A stretch of DNA of 63,621 bases, counting the filler, from Olpidium bornovanus S191 (taxonomy: Eukaryota > Fungi > Olpidiomycota), in the NCBI GenBank assembly GCA_017911155.1. It is 30 parts of 30 records of this genome, joined end to end, with 100 filler letters (N's around TTAATTAATTAA, not from the genome) between each part and the next. Parts side by side here need not be neighbours in the genome. Positions count along the whole stretch, not along the records: positions 1 to 1,448 come from JAEFCI010009999.1; positions 1,549 to 3,837 come from JAEFCI010000122.1; positions 3,938 to 7,563 come from JAEFCI010011638.1; positions 7,664 to 9,448 come from JAEFCI010000444.1; positions 9,549 to 10,753 come from JAEFCI010002265.1; positions 10,854 to 12,403 come from JAEFCI010011031.1; 24 more parts are not named here. One strand, given 5' to 3'. Made by a program: the position numbers and the translations under genes. Position 1 is the first letter of the stretch, and every line of letters begins with the position of its first letter. Positions 1 through 12,394 of this stretch are shown here, one piece after another. The notes under the pieces were generated by a model, which was not told where the DNA came from, searched no databases, and saw only the letters and a program-made list of their open reading frames with translations.

Positions 1-1548
1 CCTTTTTTTTGTTTTTGCTGGGTCTGATTTGCTCTGTGGAAAGCCCAGCCTTGGCCTTACGTCCTCGGCATTCCAGATGCCCGCACCGGGCAAGGAATCT
101 ACCTCCACCAATAACTCCATGCCACCGAATCAAAAGCAAACCACGTTTTTATTTTAAGTGGAAATTTTCCACTTTTTGATGCTGAAGATGGGGTGGCACC
201 ACCGGTGGCCCACCCCTTGTCGGAGCCCGCGCGCCGTCTTTTACTGAAGGAGGGAAACTCCTGCGCGCCTTTCCAGACATTGCCGGACAGATTCCGGGAT
301 ATTGTCGGACAAAAGGCCCCCCCCCCCCCCCCCCCCTTCCCCCCACGCGAAACAGCGGGGGGGCATGGTGTGGGCCACAGTGGGCAAGGGCCGCGTCAGG
401 GGCAGTGGCGGGTTAGTGTGCGCGGTCAGCGGCGGGGTCGGGGGGAGGAGGCCGGGAGCGGCGGCCGGTTTGGAGGCCGGGGGTGAAACCGGGGGGGAGG
501 GGGCGGCCCGGGTGCAGAGCGGCGGGCGTGGCGGCGGCCGGCGCGAGGATCTGACCGGTAGCGTGGGCGGAGGCCAGGGCGCGCACCCGGGCGGCGGCTG
601 TGAGAGGGACCAGGTTGGCGGGCGGCCTGGGAAGGGGGCAGAACGGGTTTACAAGCGAGAAGAATGGTTTGGACATGGGAAGGGTACAAGTTCGAAGCAG
701 TTCCATAAAAACTTGCCACGATGTTTTGACCCGGCATCACGTCCTGCCTTTGCAGTTGCAGCCGGCAAAGGGAATCAGGAAAATCGTCCTTATTTTCCAT
801 CTTTTCACAGGGAAGGAAAGGTCAGAACTGGCGAAAAGAATAAGTCAAAAAGGCCATGGCACAGTCCTGTCTCCAAGGTGCGGCGTGGCCATCCCATGCA
901 GTCTTGTTCCCCGCGGGGGCTACTGTTCCTGTCTTTGGGCTTTGCCATCGGCCTATACTCGTTCTTCCGGTCGCCGGTCGGTTTTCGTGAAAAAACTTTT
1001 GTCTTCACACCGCCAGTCCGGTAGCTCAGCGCGTCGCCTGGGCCGCCCTCAGTTGGCCGAAAGGGAAAAGGATCGCGAAACACCTCATTTTTTTGTTCCG
1101 GTCTGGCCCGGGCCCGCTTTTTTTCATGTCGTATGCGAATCCCGCAAACGCGAACCCCGCAAATCCGCGAATCTTTAATGAGGCGACGTGGGTGCCGGTT
1201 GGTCGGAACCATTGGATCTGCGCTTGGAAAAATGGGAAGGGACGCAACCCCGAACGCAACGCCAAACTACACTCACATACACACACCCGATAAAAAGGCC
1301 AACGGGCACGCGCATTCGCAGTCAACGCATGAACGCGTCGTGGGCACGTTCCCGCGTTAGCCGCGCGCCTTGAAGAATTTCTGAATCCCAATCGCCTTTT
1401 ACGCACTTGGCACTTTCGCTGGATTTTCCAAATTTTTAGTATCAACTCNNNNNNNNNNNNNNNNNNNNNNNNNNNNNNNNNNNNNNNNNNNNTTAATTAA
1501 TTAANNNNNNNNNNNNNNNNNNNNNNNNNNNNNNNNNNNNNNNNNNNN

Positions 1549-3742
1549 CATGTGAAGTTTTGGCGGCCCCAGGTAACCACACGCGTCAAAACGAACGCGA
1601 GACAGCGTGCAAAATTTCTTAGCACCTTGGCCACCCCGGCTGTCAGATACTGCTATTGGTCAACAATCCACGAAACGCTACCGGACTGATCCTCTTTTGC
1701 AATGATCTCAAAAAAGGTGGGAGGAATCCAGCCAGTTTGAGGGCTTGGTGTTCACAAAAAAGAAAAACATTTGCTGCGTGACGACGTCGGACCGGCAGCA
1801 GCTACTCACGCTGCAAATCGCGCGTTCGCGCGTCCTCCATCTTTTCGGACGCCAGGAGCACTGTACATCCTTGGCCACGTGATCAAGGGAGATTTTGCCC
1901 GGCAGGTCGCCGAATGCAAGCGACAGCAGGACCTGTGGCTGCGTTACGTTGATGTGATGCAAATCAAGGCGTTTGTTTCCTTGACGATCGCCGAGACGGA
2001 GAGGTTAGGAGCGAGGTGCCTCATACTGGTACGTTGCTTTTCGGGGGCGAAGGCGGGAAAGCACCGCATTTGCGTCATGTTCTCGCGGTGCGTTATCCGC
2101 AGACGACATAACGAGTTTTTCGGCTCCGGATCTTTCTTATCTCCACCATTCCGTCGGTGCCGGCCCCTTCCTCATCGTGCAGACATCCGGACTGGGAGGC
2201 ATGAAGCCGAACATAGTGGTACTTTCGTCCTTTGACCTGGTGGACCACTACCGTCGAAAGTCCTTTCTGGACCGCCGGAACTCCTACCCTGATGCACCGC
2301 CCGAAGACGCCAACGCCGGCCTGCACCTGCGGATCAACATGATCGAGTCCCTTCCGACCGACGGGATTAAGGCGGAAAGTCCGATTGACATTCTCGACTA
2401 CATGGGGATAATCGAGGACGCCTTGGCCCTGAACAAAGCCGTCGCCATAGGCCACGGCTTCGAGAACTTCAGCCCTTATTTGCACGCGAACAAGACCGGC
2501 GCCGGCTCAGCCGGAGGGCGCGCGGAGCGCCAGAAGCGGTACATCGACCTGTGGCCGATCCAGATGACGCTTCAGGACGGCTCAACCAACTTCAACATGT
2601 ACACCATGGTGCTCCAGATGGGCTGCGTCCTGCAAATGGTCAAGCAGTGGAAGCAGGGCTATGACCTGCGGGTAAACGTTTTCGTCGAAAGAGAGTCGGA
2701 AGCGGCCGGCGAAAAGGCGAGGGTGCACGCGCTCCTGGACGTCCTCCGCATTCGCGCGGATCTGACTGTGCTCTGGCTGGAAGGTGAGGTCGACCTGGCC
2801 GCGGAGATAGCCGAGGTGGCCAGGAAACCGCGGGACGCGCACCGCGACGTCTGCCGCCCGGAGACGCCTCGGCCACGCGGCAGCGGCCGAGGCACTTTCT
2901 CCGCGGCGGGGTCGCCCCCGCCGGGTGTGGGCGACGTCGCCGCCACCGGGCGACCGGACGCCGGGACACCTCTGACCTTTCCTGGTTCCGCGCGAACCGC
3001 GGCCGGCTCCGCCTCCGAGAACCGCGGGCCCCAGCCGCGTCGGCCTGCACGGACGTACGCGGCGGCCGGCCCAGGCCCTCCGACGGACTTTTCCATGATA
3101 AGGAGTAAAGTCCCTTTGCCAGACTCGAGGGCGATGCTTCGCGACATGGAGGACGACTCGGACTACGGCGACGGAGGTTTGGGCGGCGAGACCGAACGCG
3201 CCGCCGGCTGCGAGGGGCCGCCAGAGGACGCCAACGGTGCCGACGCCGCCGACGACGGCGCTCCGTGGAGGGCGGGACCGCGCGGCGCGCGGGCGAGGGC
3301 GCTCCTGCGCGGCGGGCGGCAGCCTGCGGCACGCCCTGCGGCTTCCGCAGCGGACGGCGGGGGCGGCGGCGCGGTCGATTTTAACACGCTGCCTTCGGAC
3401 GCGCAGCACCGGTGAGGAAAAGGCGCGTCCAGGAAAAATGATTGATACGGCGGGGGAGCGGGGGGGAAAAGGCCCGGTCAAACCGAAAAGTCGCGTTTTT
3501 TTTTTCGCGCGCGCGCCCGCAGCATCATCAACAAGCTGATCCGCAGGCACTCGACCTCCGAGAGCGGGACGGCAATAGTCTTCACGTCCCTGCCGGCCCC
3601 GGACCCCGGGGCATCGCGAGACGTCGCAAAGGCGGAAAAGTGGCTCCGCGATCTGCACGCGCTGGTAGGCGGCCTGGAGCACGACGGCGTCCCCGTGTTG
3701 GCGATCCACGGCGTGCACATGACCGTCACTTCCAATCTCTGA
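1549..3742 (+). CDS. VHC1: SLC12 cation-chloride cotransporter (Vhc1-like), C-terminal cytoplasmic domain, 5'-partial, 5 exons
   Basis: Spliced peptide HVKFWRPQ / ILLLVNNPRNATGLILFCNDLKK / GALYILGHVIKG...IKAFVSLTIA / TSGLGGMKPNIVVL...DFNTLPSDAQHR / IINKLIRRHS...IVFTSLPAP...HGVHMTVTSNL* carries the SLC12 C-terminal motifs. Introns are GT-AG and the stop is TGA at 3740-3742. Confidence 0.93.
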
Positions 3743-3937
3743 AATCACTCTTACACCCTCCCCCTCGGCCGCGGGCCCCCGCGGCCCAAAACCGCAACGG
3801 AAACCCCGCGGCCGAGACCGTTATTTGCCCACGCGGCNNNNNNNNNNNNNNNNNNNNNNNNNNNNNNNNNNNNNNNNNNNNTTAATTAATTAANNNNNNN
3901 NNNNNNNNNNNNNNNNNNNNNNNNNNNNNNNNNNNNN

Positions 3938-4981
3938 CGTCGATGACGCGGTCTTCGACGACGCAGGCTTCGCAGGCGAAGCATTCTTCGTTTTGACAGG
4001 CGGCGGGGGAAGGTCCTTCCACCGCGTGAAAAAGACCTGTTCCAGCTGCTTGCCCATGACGTAGACGGGGTCGCCGGGTTTGTTGTATGTGAAACAGTTG
4101 TTGAACATGAGCTTTATGTCGTCCTCGAATTCGGCGTAAGACGCGTACTCTCCGGCGTCGTGCTTCCGCCGGATAGTCGAAAGGTCCATGGGCCGCTTAA
4201 TGATCTGCGGATAATCCGGGATGGCGAGCGCCACGTGGTCGACGGGCTGCATAAACGGATGTGAATACCCGGCGTGCGTCTTCTTTGATAGCTCGTGCAG
4301 CACCGACGAGCAGAACGTCAGCCGGCGGTCGCTGCTCGCGGAACCGGCCGCAGCGGAGCCTGTGTAGCGAAAAGATGACGGCTTCTTCTGCGCCGAAGCA
4401 GCTTTGGGCCCTCCGGTGGCCGCTTCCGGCTGCTCCAAATGAGAAGACGTCGGCCCGAGCGACCGCCCGAACGTTGCGGCCGACTGCCGCGACCCGGCGG
4501 GGGGAGGCATCGCGATACCGGCGTAGGAATGTCCGGTAGATGGGCCAGTCGAGACGCGACGAGCCGATCCTGGAGGATGCTGCGATGTGTCAGCCGGTGC
4601 CGCCGGCAGCCGTTTTATCTGATTCTCAAACGCTTTTTCCAGCGCAGCCGCCATCGCAGAGTAAGGTGATTCCCTCCCGTTGAAAAGGTAGCAGTTCTGA
4701 AAAATCTGCCGCACGTCCGCGCAAAAGGCTTCCACGTCCGCGTAGCCGTTGTTAGCAAGCTTTTGCTCGACTGTTCCCAGATCCATTGGTTGTTTGACAA
4801 TGGTGTGATAGTGTGGTATATTCAGTTTGATTGGGTCCACGGGCTCAAGGAATGGATGAGCCTTCTTGTTCCGCTTAAGATTCCGTACCACGGAGGTACA
4901 GAAGCCCAACTGGTCCCGACTCATAGCGTTCGGCAACTTTGCGGAGACGAACGAGGCAGCATTTGTAGTCGAGGGAGTCGT
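3938..4981 (-). CDS. BDF1: Double-bromodomain BET protein (Bdf1-like). Large exon shown; further upstream exons likely to about 5650; 3' end lost at contig edge
   Basis: Two bromodomains: AHPFLEPVDPIKLNIPHYHTIVKQPMDLGTV...IFQNCYLFN and SHPFMQPVDHVALAIPDYPQIIKRPMDLSTI...MFNNCFTYNKPG. Acceptor CCCACAG at 4982. Confidence 0.93.
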
Positions 4982-6789
4982 CTGTGGGCACATTTTTCCG
5001 GAAAGCAACAGTGAACAAGGCTGCCCACCGGATTATACACATATACGGGAATATCGATAACCTTACTTACCGCGTACGATTGGTACCTCGTATTGACCGA
5101 CGAATCAATATTTGGCGACGAGCTGCGCAAAAATGGTTGATGCGCACGCACTGCCGCTTCGCCATATGCGTTTTCGTACGGCGGTTCACGGCGGGACGCA
5201 GGGCCCTGGTCCCGTGGCCCTTGCCGGTGCCAAGCGCGGATAAGAAATTATTCGTTGACGACGGGAGACGCCTACTGATGCGTATACCAAGCCCTCCTAC
5301 CTGCCGAATCCATCATCCTGTCCCCTGAATAGCTATCTCCAATTCCTTGGCTCGCACCACTGGCCGATGGAATAAGTCTAGAGGGCAATTCTAACGTGTG
5401 CAACACATAGCCGCATGTAAGTTGGACAGAACAACCTCCGTCGACATCCGCACTTATCAGGACTGTCTCCTCAAAGTCCCTCGAAATCGCGGAAGTGACC
5501 TTGATTGAGACTGGCGGATTGCACCGAGTCCTGAGGTTCGCAACCAAAAGCTTTATTGGCGTCACCTGGCATACCCGTTCCGTTAACCCAGCTGATCCCG
5601 GCAACGTTCACTTCCTCAGTGCTCATCGTGGAAAGGGAGTAGGTGGTAACGACGGGCGTCAAAACTCGACCGCCACGTCTGCTTGCTAAGCTCTCCGGCA
5701 GGTCGCGTTCGGTCGGCCTTCGCATTTTGATACAGGGCAATGTCGCAGTTTCGATTAAACGGAGGGTCGAGATCATGAGCAACATTATATAGCCGCAGGG
5801 CGGTGGGCTCCGTCTTGCAGTCAACCGCTGCAGCAAGGAACCTCCGACAGACAAACATAGAGCTACTGTAACCGCTGCTTCACAGCCCGACTGTACGCTG
5901 GTTGCACCTCCTTCATCCCAGCCCTTCCTCTCAACATGCTGCATCCGTAAGCGTTCGGCGGCATCCCAGCGGGCACAGCGGTGGTTCACTCGCTCCCAGC
6001 AGAAAACGACCAGCTTGCGTCTCCAGCCCCACACGTACCCGACCGATGCAACAGCCGTTACGAGAGGCTTTCCGCTGGCAAGCGGAGACGACCCTGAGCA
6101 CAGACCGAGTCGCTTGGCTGCAAGCCCTGATAGGCTCGGTCCGGAGAGAGGCGCGAACCAGAGCGGGGGAGACCCGGCAGCGACCGGCGCTTAGGCGCCG
6201 CTATCCTGTGACGAGGCCTGGTATTCTGTGCTCCCTGGTCGCGTGGCCTCGTCGCGCATCTAAAGCCTAAGGGGAGCGAGACAGAGCGGGGCCGGTCTGA
6301 CGGTCTGCCGCCAGGGAGACCGGACTGCGGACACGGAGGCGCGGCCGCGAACTTGAACGGAGACGGCGGACACCGCGCGCGAGGCTGGGGTCCGAGGCGG
6401 AACGCAAGCGGAAGAGGTTCCCGACCGGGTACGCTGCTCCTGCCGTCGGCCCCGGTGCGTTCGCGAGCGCCGGATCTGAACCCCGCGGCCGTGAGTGTCG
6501 AGGGGCGCCAACCGCCCCGGCCCGGCCCCCCGGCCCGGCTCCCCCCCCCCCCGCCCCCCGCGGACGGGTGGGCGGGGACACCAGAGCGCGGACGTGCGGA
6601 GGGGGGGCGCGCGCGCCTTCGGCCGCCACCAGGAACAGACCGCACGGGCGGCCAGCCTGTGACACCGGCGCCAGTGAGACCGTCCGTCGCACGCCGTCAC
6701 GCTGTGCTGCGTGTCCTCCAGAGCCGTCACATCGCATGACGGCGGAGCGCGATTCCAGGCAGGGAGAGGTTCTTGTGTCCCCCCGCCGA

Positions 6790-7475
6790 GTCACAAAGAC
6801 CCATTTGGCCAGAATTCAAATTCCGCTTTTTGTCGGTTGCAAGCGTCACCGGTCAAGCAACGAGGGACGAGATTGCTTGCCAAGACCGACGGCGACAACC
6901 GTTTCCAGTTGACCTGCGTCAATAATGAGGACGCCATTGAAGTGGTATGGTCGAGAGCATCCTGCAGGTGATGGCAGGCTGGTCACGCGGCGACAGATGC
7001 AAAAGACAGTTCGAGTGCGGCTTTCAAAAAGGGCAATGAAGTGCTTTGGAGGCTGACGGATTTGGCAAGTGTCGCTTACAGGAATTTGCCAATCACTTTT
7101 GATCGATTGCAATGCAGAAAACATACTTGTACGGTAGTCCTTGAAGAAATGCGGATGTTACATATTCACATGTGCAAGAAGTAATGGTGCGCTGATTGCA
7201 GGAGTGCTCTCTATATATTGCATTCTCCATGGCACGATCGGTGCAAAGGGCGCCAACTCTGCCAATGTACATGGCCGTTGATTTGCCGGTTTCTTGGCAG
7301 AACGGTAGATTTTGATGCACAAAGAATTCAACACGTACGTATCACGTTTGCTAGGGTATCAAGCCCTTGCTGAAGCATTGGTAGCAGTTGATGAGGTTCC
7401 GCATCCCCGTTGAGAAAACTGCACAACGCGTGGATGACGACAACATGCAGCTTGGCGAACTGTCCCAGAAAGCTT
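6790..7475 (-). CDS. Possible multi-exon hypothetical protein fragment
   Basis: Exon-like segments with plausible splice sites (FAKLHVVVIHALCSFLNGDAEPHQLLPMLQQGLDTLANVI ending at GTACGT; DALDHTTSMASSLLTQVNWKRL...). No family recognised and exon phases not fully reconciled. Confidence 0.3.
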
Positions 7476-7685
7476 AAGCTCAGAAAGGAAGCATTGCGTT
7501 CAAGCAATCCAGTTGGCACCACAACGGATAGCATTATCACGCAAGGGTACCATACAGACGCAGNNNNNNNNNNNNNNNNNNNNNNNNNNNNNNNNNNNNN
7601 NNNNNNNTTAATTAATTAANNNNNNNNNNNNNNNNNNNNNNNNNNNNNNNNNNNNNNNNNNNNGGGCGGTTTTTTTGTTGGGGGG

Positions 7686-7728
<43 letters not shown>

Positions 7729-7846
7729 TTGTTGCGGCCCGGCCTCACTTCCGACCCCCCTTGCCCGAAACGCGCGCGCGCGCGCGTGTCTCGCTCCCTC
7801 CTCGTCCATCGTTCCTTTTTCCCCCCCTTCTCTCCCTTTTTTTTTT

Positions 7847-9448
7847 TCACCCAAAGTCGACGCGGCAGAAGGCCAGGACCATGCCCATGCAGACGAAAAC
7901 GGTGACGAGGCCCAGCACGACGGCGGTCTCGGGGAACGCCTTGACCTCGCGGCTGGCCTGCCGGGTGATGGACAGGCCGAAGGCGCGCTTGAACACCAGG
8001 CGCGCGGCGTAGGAGCTCAGCAGCTCCGACGCCCAGATCACAAGCGTGCAGTACAGCGTCATCGGGTAGTTGTAGGGGTCCCCCGGGTCGTTGAACTGGA
8101 AGTAAGGGTAGAACCGCAGGTTTCTCTCGGGGGAGAAGTGCAGCAGGGTCGCGATGCTGAGGAAGACTGGGCGCGTCGGGCCGGGGGAGGGGGGAGGATC
8201 GGGAGGGGGTGAATCCTTTGCCAAAAAAAACAACAACGCGAGGAAGAAAGAAGGAAAAAAAATAACGCACACAGGCGTTTTTATCTCAAAACAAACTCAC
8301 TCATCATCGTCGCGTTCTCGGCGACGTTCCGAAGCCAGAAGCCCCTGCCGATGTCCCGCTTGTACCTTTTGTAGCCGCCGCCGGCGCCGCCGGCGCAGCC
8401 GAAGTAGCCGAACAGGGCCCAGCACCGGCGGGACATCATGGCCGGGTACATGACGACGACGCCGAGGCTGCTCGCGAACTGGACGTACGCGAACTGGTCG
8501 ACGCTGCGCAGGCGGGCGAACAACGTCCGGTAGAAGACGAAGTAGGTGGTGTAGAAGTAGAACCGGAACGTGAGCTCCAGCGGCGGCGACCGGATCTTGT
8601 CCCGCGTGACCGCGCCGCACAGGGTCGACATGAGCGTGCTGGTCAGCGTCAGCGAGTAGATGTACACGAGGTTGGCCGGCGCCGAGTGCGGCAGCGTGCT
8701 GAGGAAAATGTGCGCGTACAGCTGCGACAGCAGCACGCTGGCGAGGGCGATCGTGATGGCCGTCAGGAACCACAGGAACCGCGTGTACGACGTCGGGACG
8801 TAGCTGTTGCTCGGCTGGCGCGAGTTGTCCGACAGCGTGAGCGACAGGGAGTAAGGGTCGAGCGCCTGCTGGCTCGCGAGCGGGTTCGCCCTGGAGAAAG
8901 TCGGCGACAGGGTCGACGCCGACGATGACGACGACGCCGAGGACGTCGAGATCGACCTCGCGCTGTCGGAGCCGAGGCTCCTCACCGATCCCGCCGAGTG
9001 CGGCGGCGGCGGCAGCGGCGGCGGCTCGGCCTCAAACCCGGACCCGACGATTGAATCGTCAGCCCCGCCCGTCGCCGGAGGGTCTTCAGGGGGAGGATTC
9101 GGAGCCGCCGTGGTCGCCGGCGCTATGAGGGACGGACGGATCCAAGCGCGGTTCGAGTCGGGCGCGGAGAACAGCTTCTGCGCAACGGTGAGGCTGCGCC
9201 TGACGCGGTGGCGCTCGTGCCGCCGGATCTTCAGCCAGGCGGCGATCAGCGGGAAGAGCATCGTGACGAGCAGCAAACACACCCAGGTCATCACGTGCCG
9301 GGCGACCCAGGGTTCTAGGAAGAAAATCATGCAGCCGCCGATGGCCTCCGACACCAGCCAGACGCCAATCACAGAGAGCACCCCGCCAACCGATTTCGGA
9401 TACCAGTCTAAAGAATACAGCCTGCGGCCGAAAAAAAAAGTGCGTGTA
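7847..9448 (-). CDS. Uncharacterised fungal multi-pass membrane protein, 5'-partial
   Basis: Many hydrophobic helices with segments HIFLSTLPHS, YRTLFARLRSVDQFAYVQ, LRNVAENATM / ILSIATLLHF...YPYFQFNDPGDPYNY...IWASELLSS. Strong GC3 codon bias. Resembles conserved hypothetical proteins of other fungi (from memory). Confidence 0.8.
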
Positions 9449-11015
9449 NNNNNNNNNNNNNNNNNNNNNNNNNNNNNNNNNNNNNNNNNNNNTTAATTAA
9501 TTAANNNNNNNNNNNNNNNNNNNNNNNNNNNNNNNNNNNNNNNNNNNNCAGGTGCGGCGCGGGGACGCTCACAACCAGCACCTGCAAGCTCAAGGCGGCC
9601 GAAATAACGGGAGATTTCCGAGGATTTCGCCTGGAGCGCAAAGGGAAACGCGGGGCCGGACGCCGCATGCTGCGCGCGCGCGCGACCCCCGGGCGGGCGC
9701 GGCCAGACTTCGGAGCGCAACGCGGCCGGCTCGAAGGAGAGATTGTGAGGCGGCCGCAAAGCTGTCTTTCGCCCGAAGCGTCGCTGCGAGCGAGATGTAA
9801 TGGGGGGGAGGGGGGAGGGGGCCGCCGCAAAAGCGGCCCGCTCGGGAGAACTGCGAACTGCACCCGGGCTGGATTGCGAGAAACGGGCCCAAAGGCGTCG
9901 CCTCTGTCTCCGAGGCATCACGATCTTCAAATTTGCTCGGCGCGTTTTTGCGCCACATGTACCGCCAGGGATTGACGGGGCTCAGCTGCTGGTGCATGCT
10001 GTCAAGAAGTGCGGTCACTCGGACGTGTCACTGGCCTCGTCATCGTGGATAGTAAAGTCCCGATTCAATAGACACTACGCCTTTTATCAAATTTCTTACT
10101 GCGACTTAGGTCCAACCGGGTGGTGGAAACTCGGCATTTCCGGATGCTGTGTTTTGGATGCAAACACGCCCGACATAACCCCGACTGTATTTGTAAAATA
10201 CGCCCAGGCGTGTTTTGAAGTTTTATCTCCCCTCCCCCTCCCTACTCCTATTAATTACTGTGCCGGAATCGATTGTCGCTGTGCCAATTATCAATAATGC
10301 TGCGGCGATTGTCAGCAATGATGTGCCAATCTGGCCGGCCAAATCTGAACCTGCGGAGTAAAAACGGCACGATTTTGACACGCAACTGCCCGCGCCAAAA
10401 AGATCGAAATTTTGTTCGAAAATACGCCTCCGGTCGGGGAACCTCTGGGCCTTCTTGTTCGATACATCAAAGCTCTTTTTAGAAATCCACGCGCAAAAGG
10501 GGGGAAGGGGGACATTTCAGGGGCGTGGCGGGGTTTGTCGCGTCGGCCACCGAAGTCAAGCGGGCGACGAATATTCGCGGGGAATGCAAAAGGGAAGGCT
10601 GTGTGTGTGCGTGTGTGGTGTGCGTGGGGGATGCGGCGGCGGCCGTTTGTTGTTTATTGTTTTTGCGTTCCCTTTTCTCCTCTCCTCCGGTCGAAACACG
10701 AAAAAAAAGGGAGGTTTCAGACAAATCAGCAAAAAAAGGGCACCGTCTTCATGNNNNNNNNNNNNNNNNNNNNNNNNNNNNNNNNNNNNNNNNNNNNTTA
10801 ATTAATTAANNNNNNNNNNNNNNNNNNNNNNNNNNNNNNNNNNNNNNNNNNNNCATGATGCAAAAAGTAGCAGCTGGTGCGCCCGAGAACGATTACTCCC
10901 AAAACAGTTTGTTGGATTTTCGCAGAATTTTTTTTTTTTTGTTCCTGTAAGCACAGGAGACGGAGCACGTGGGGATGCAGGAAGCAGCGGCTGATGTGCC
11001 AGAATACGGTTCCTC

Positions 11016-11755
11016 TCAAAACGGCAAGTTTGATTTCCGCACGGTTGTTTCTCTTTGTTCCTGTAAGCACAGGAGGCGTCAAGTGCCGAAGCTTCGAATA
11101 CGCGCTTCAAGAATCTCAAAAACTCGAAAAACGTCCACACCTGACGCCACTTCGCGATGGTTTCCGGCATTTCGGCCATTCGTTTCTCGATGAGGATTCT
11201 CCTGCAGAGTAACGCGGGGGAGCCCAAACGCCAAAATGGAAAAAAAAACAGTCGCAGGTCAAATTTGACCACAGAGACGCAGAAACTCCGCGCGCCGTGG
11301 AATGCTAGTTCTCAGCCGCGAGTACGGCGTGGAAGCAATAGGGCCGGCGCGCCGGCCGGCCCTTCGCTGCCACAGTTCCGTGCATGCGTATGCGTGAGGC
11401 GCCTGCGACGCAAGAGCAAAGGTCCCGCCCAGGCAACGCGGTTTTTTCTCGTTAATTTTTTTTTCTCTTCTTCTTTTTACCTCTTCTCCAGGCGTTCCCG
11501 CCGGTGCACAACCTCTGGCGGCGGGATAGCAGGCGGCGTCATATCCACGGGCCTCGTCGGCGGCAGGCCCAGAAACCCCACGGGGTCGACGCCGCAGGCC
11601 AGGGCCGCCTCCCTTAGCTCCTGCTGGAACTCGAGCGAGTACTTCGGCGGCACGCGCGCCCCGTTTAGCGCCACGCTCGGGCGGAGGAACCGCTTCGGTA
11701 TCGGGGTCGCCAGCAAAGCCCTGATGCGGTCCGGCACTGCTCTTTTCGTGAACAT
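11016..11755 (-). CDS. MRPL25: Mitochondrial large-subunit ribosomal protein mL59 (MrpL25-like), 3 exons
   Basis: MFTKRAVPD...PPKYSLEFQQELREAALACGV...HRRERLEK / RRILIEKRMAEMPETIAKWRQ / EQRETTVRKSNLPF* fits the mL59 pattern (PKYSLRxQ..L...A, M..MP..I..W). Introns are GT-AG. Confidence 0.75.
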
Positions 11756-12218
11756 AGCGGGCGAACTGCGCGGCGCGGTGGGCTGGTTTCGTCTTTGCTC
11801 ACTTCTGCGGCGGGGGAAGCCCTCCTCAAGGGCGGGGGGATGAGGGAGGGGAAGGGGAGGAGGGGCGGGCCCGGTTTGGCGGGGCGGGAAAGGAGAAGGC
11901 GGAAACACTGGCGGACTCAAAATCAACCCAATTGTGCATTCTCCCTGACAGGGAAAATACGCCCAAGGAAATTTCCACAAGCCCCTTGTCACCGCAGAGG
12001 GAGTTGGCGAGGGAGCCGCCGGTTGACGAGACACCGCGCAAGGAGGTTTACGTCGCGGCACGTGCGTCGATCGTATTTGGCAGCGTTTAGCGGGGTGGGG
12101 CGGGGGGCGATGCGGATGAAGAGAACTGTGAAATTGGTCAAATCAAATAGTGACACGCACTCTCTCCCTCTTGTCGGAGTCACGAATAAAAAGGCGAGCG
12201 CGAAATGCGTAGGAAAAA

Positions 12219-12394
12219 CAGTCGTCCCTCTCATACTTTATAGTCCCCGTTCCGAGTGAAATGTATAAGGTATCAGAAATTATAAAGTAGTGGATTATAG
12301 GGTTCAACCATAGAACAATGTCGGTGGAAGCCGAAACATATAAAGTAGCAGAGGTTATTAAGTATTGGGATATAAAGTATGAGAGGGACGACTG
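12219..12394. mobile_element. 176-bp MITE, Tc1-mariner/pogo(Tigger)-like
   Basis: Perfect 24-bp terminal inverted repeats CAGTCGTCCCTCTCATACTTTATA (12219-12242) and TATAAAGTATGAGAGGGACGACTG (12371-12394). Right flank is TA, left flank AA. The interior is AT-rich and non-coding with extra TATAAAGTA copies. Confidence 0.85.

Noticed and set aside
1135-1164. 13-mer GAACCCCGCAAAT shared in reverse complement with 29770-29782
   Set aside because: Dozens of 13-mer matches are expected by chance in a window of this size.
1493-1504. Recurrent palindrome TTAATTAATTAA between N-runs, superficially like regularly spaced repeats or a CRISPR-like array
   Set aside because: It is an artificial six-frame-stop concatenation linker: always centred in a 100-nt gap, with genes truncated on both sides.
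2582-3748. Long antisense and overlapping ORFs (also 13422-14282, 30530-31594, 57038-57817 and many others)
   Set aside because: These are expected shadows of high-GC3 coding sequence. They give Arg/Pro/Gly-rich translations with no motifs.
9549-10400. Exon-like pieces on the minus strand (also 19560-21170, 12504-12730, 300-800)
   Set aside because: No consistent in-phase gene model or recognisable family could be built, so these were left unannotated.
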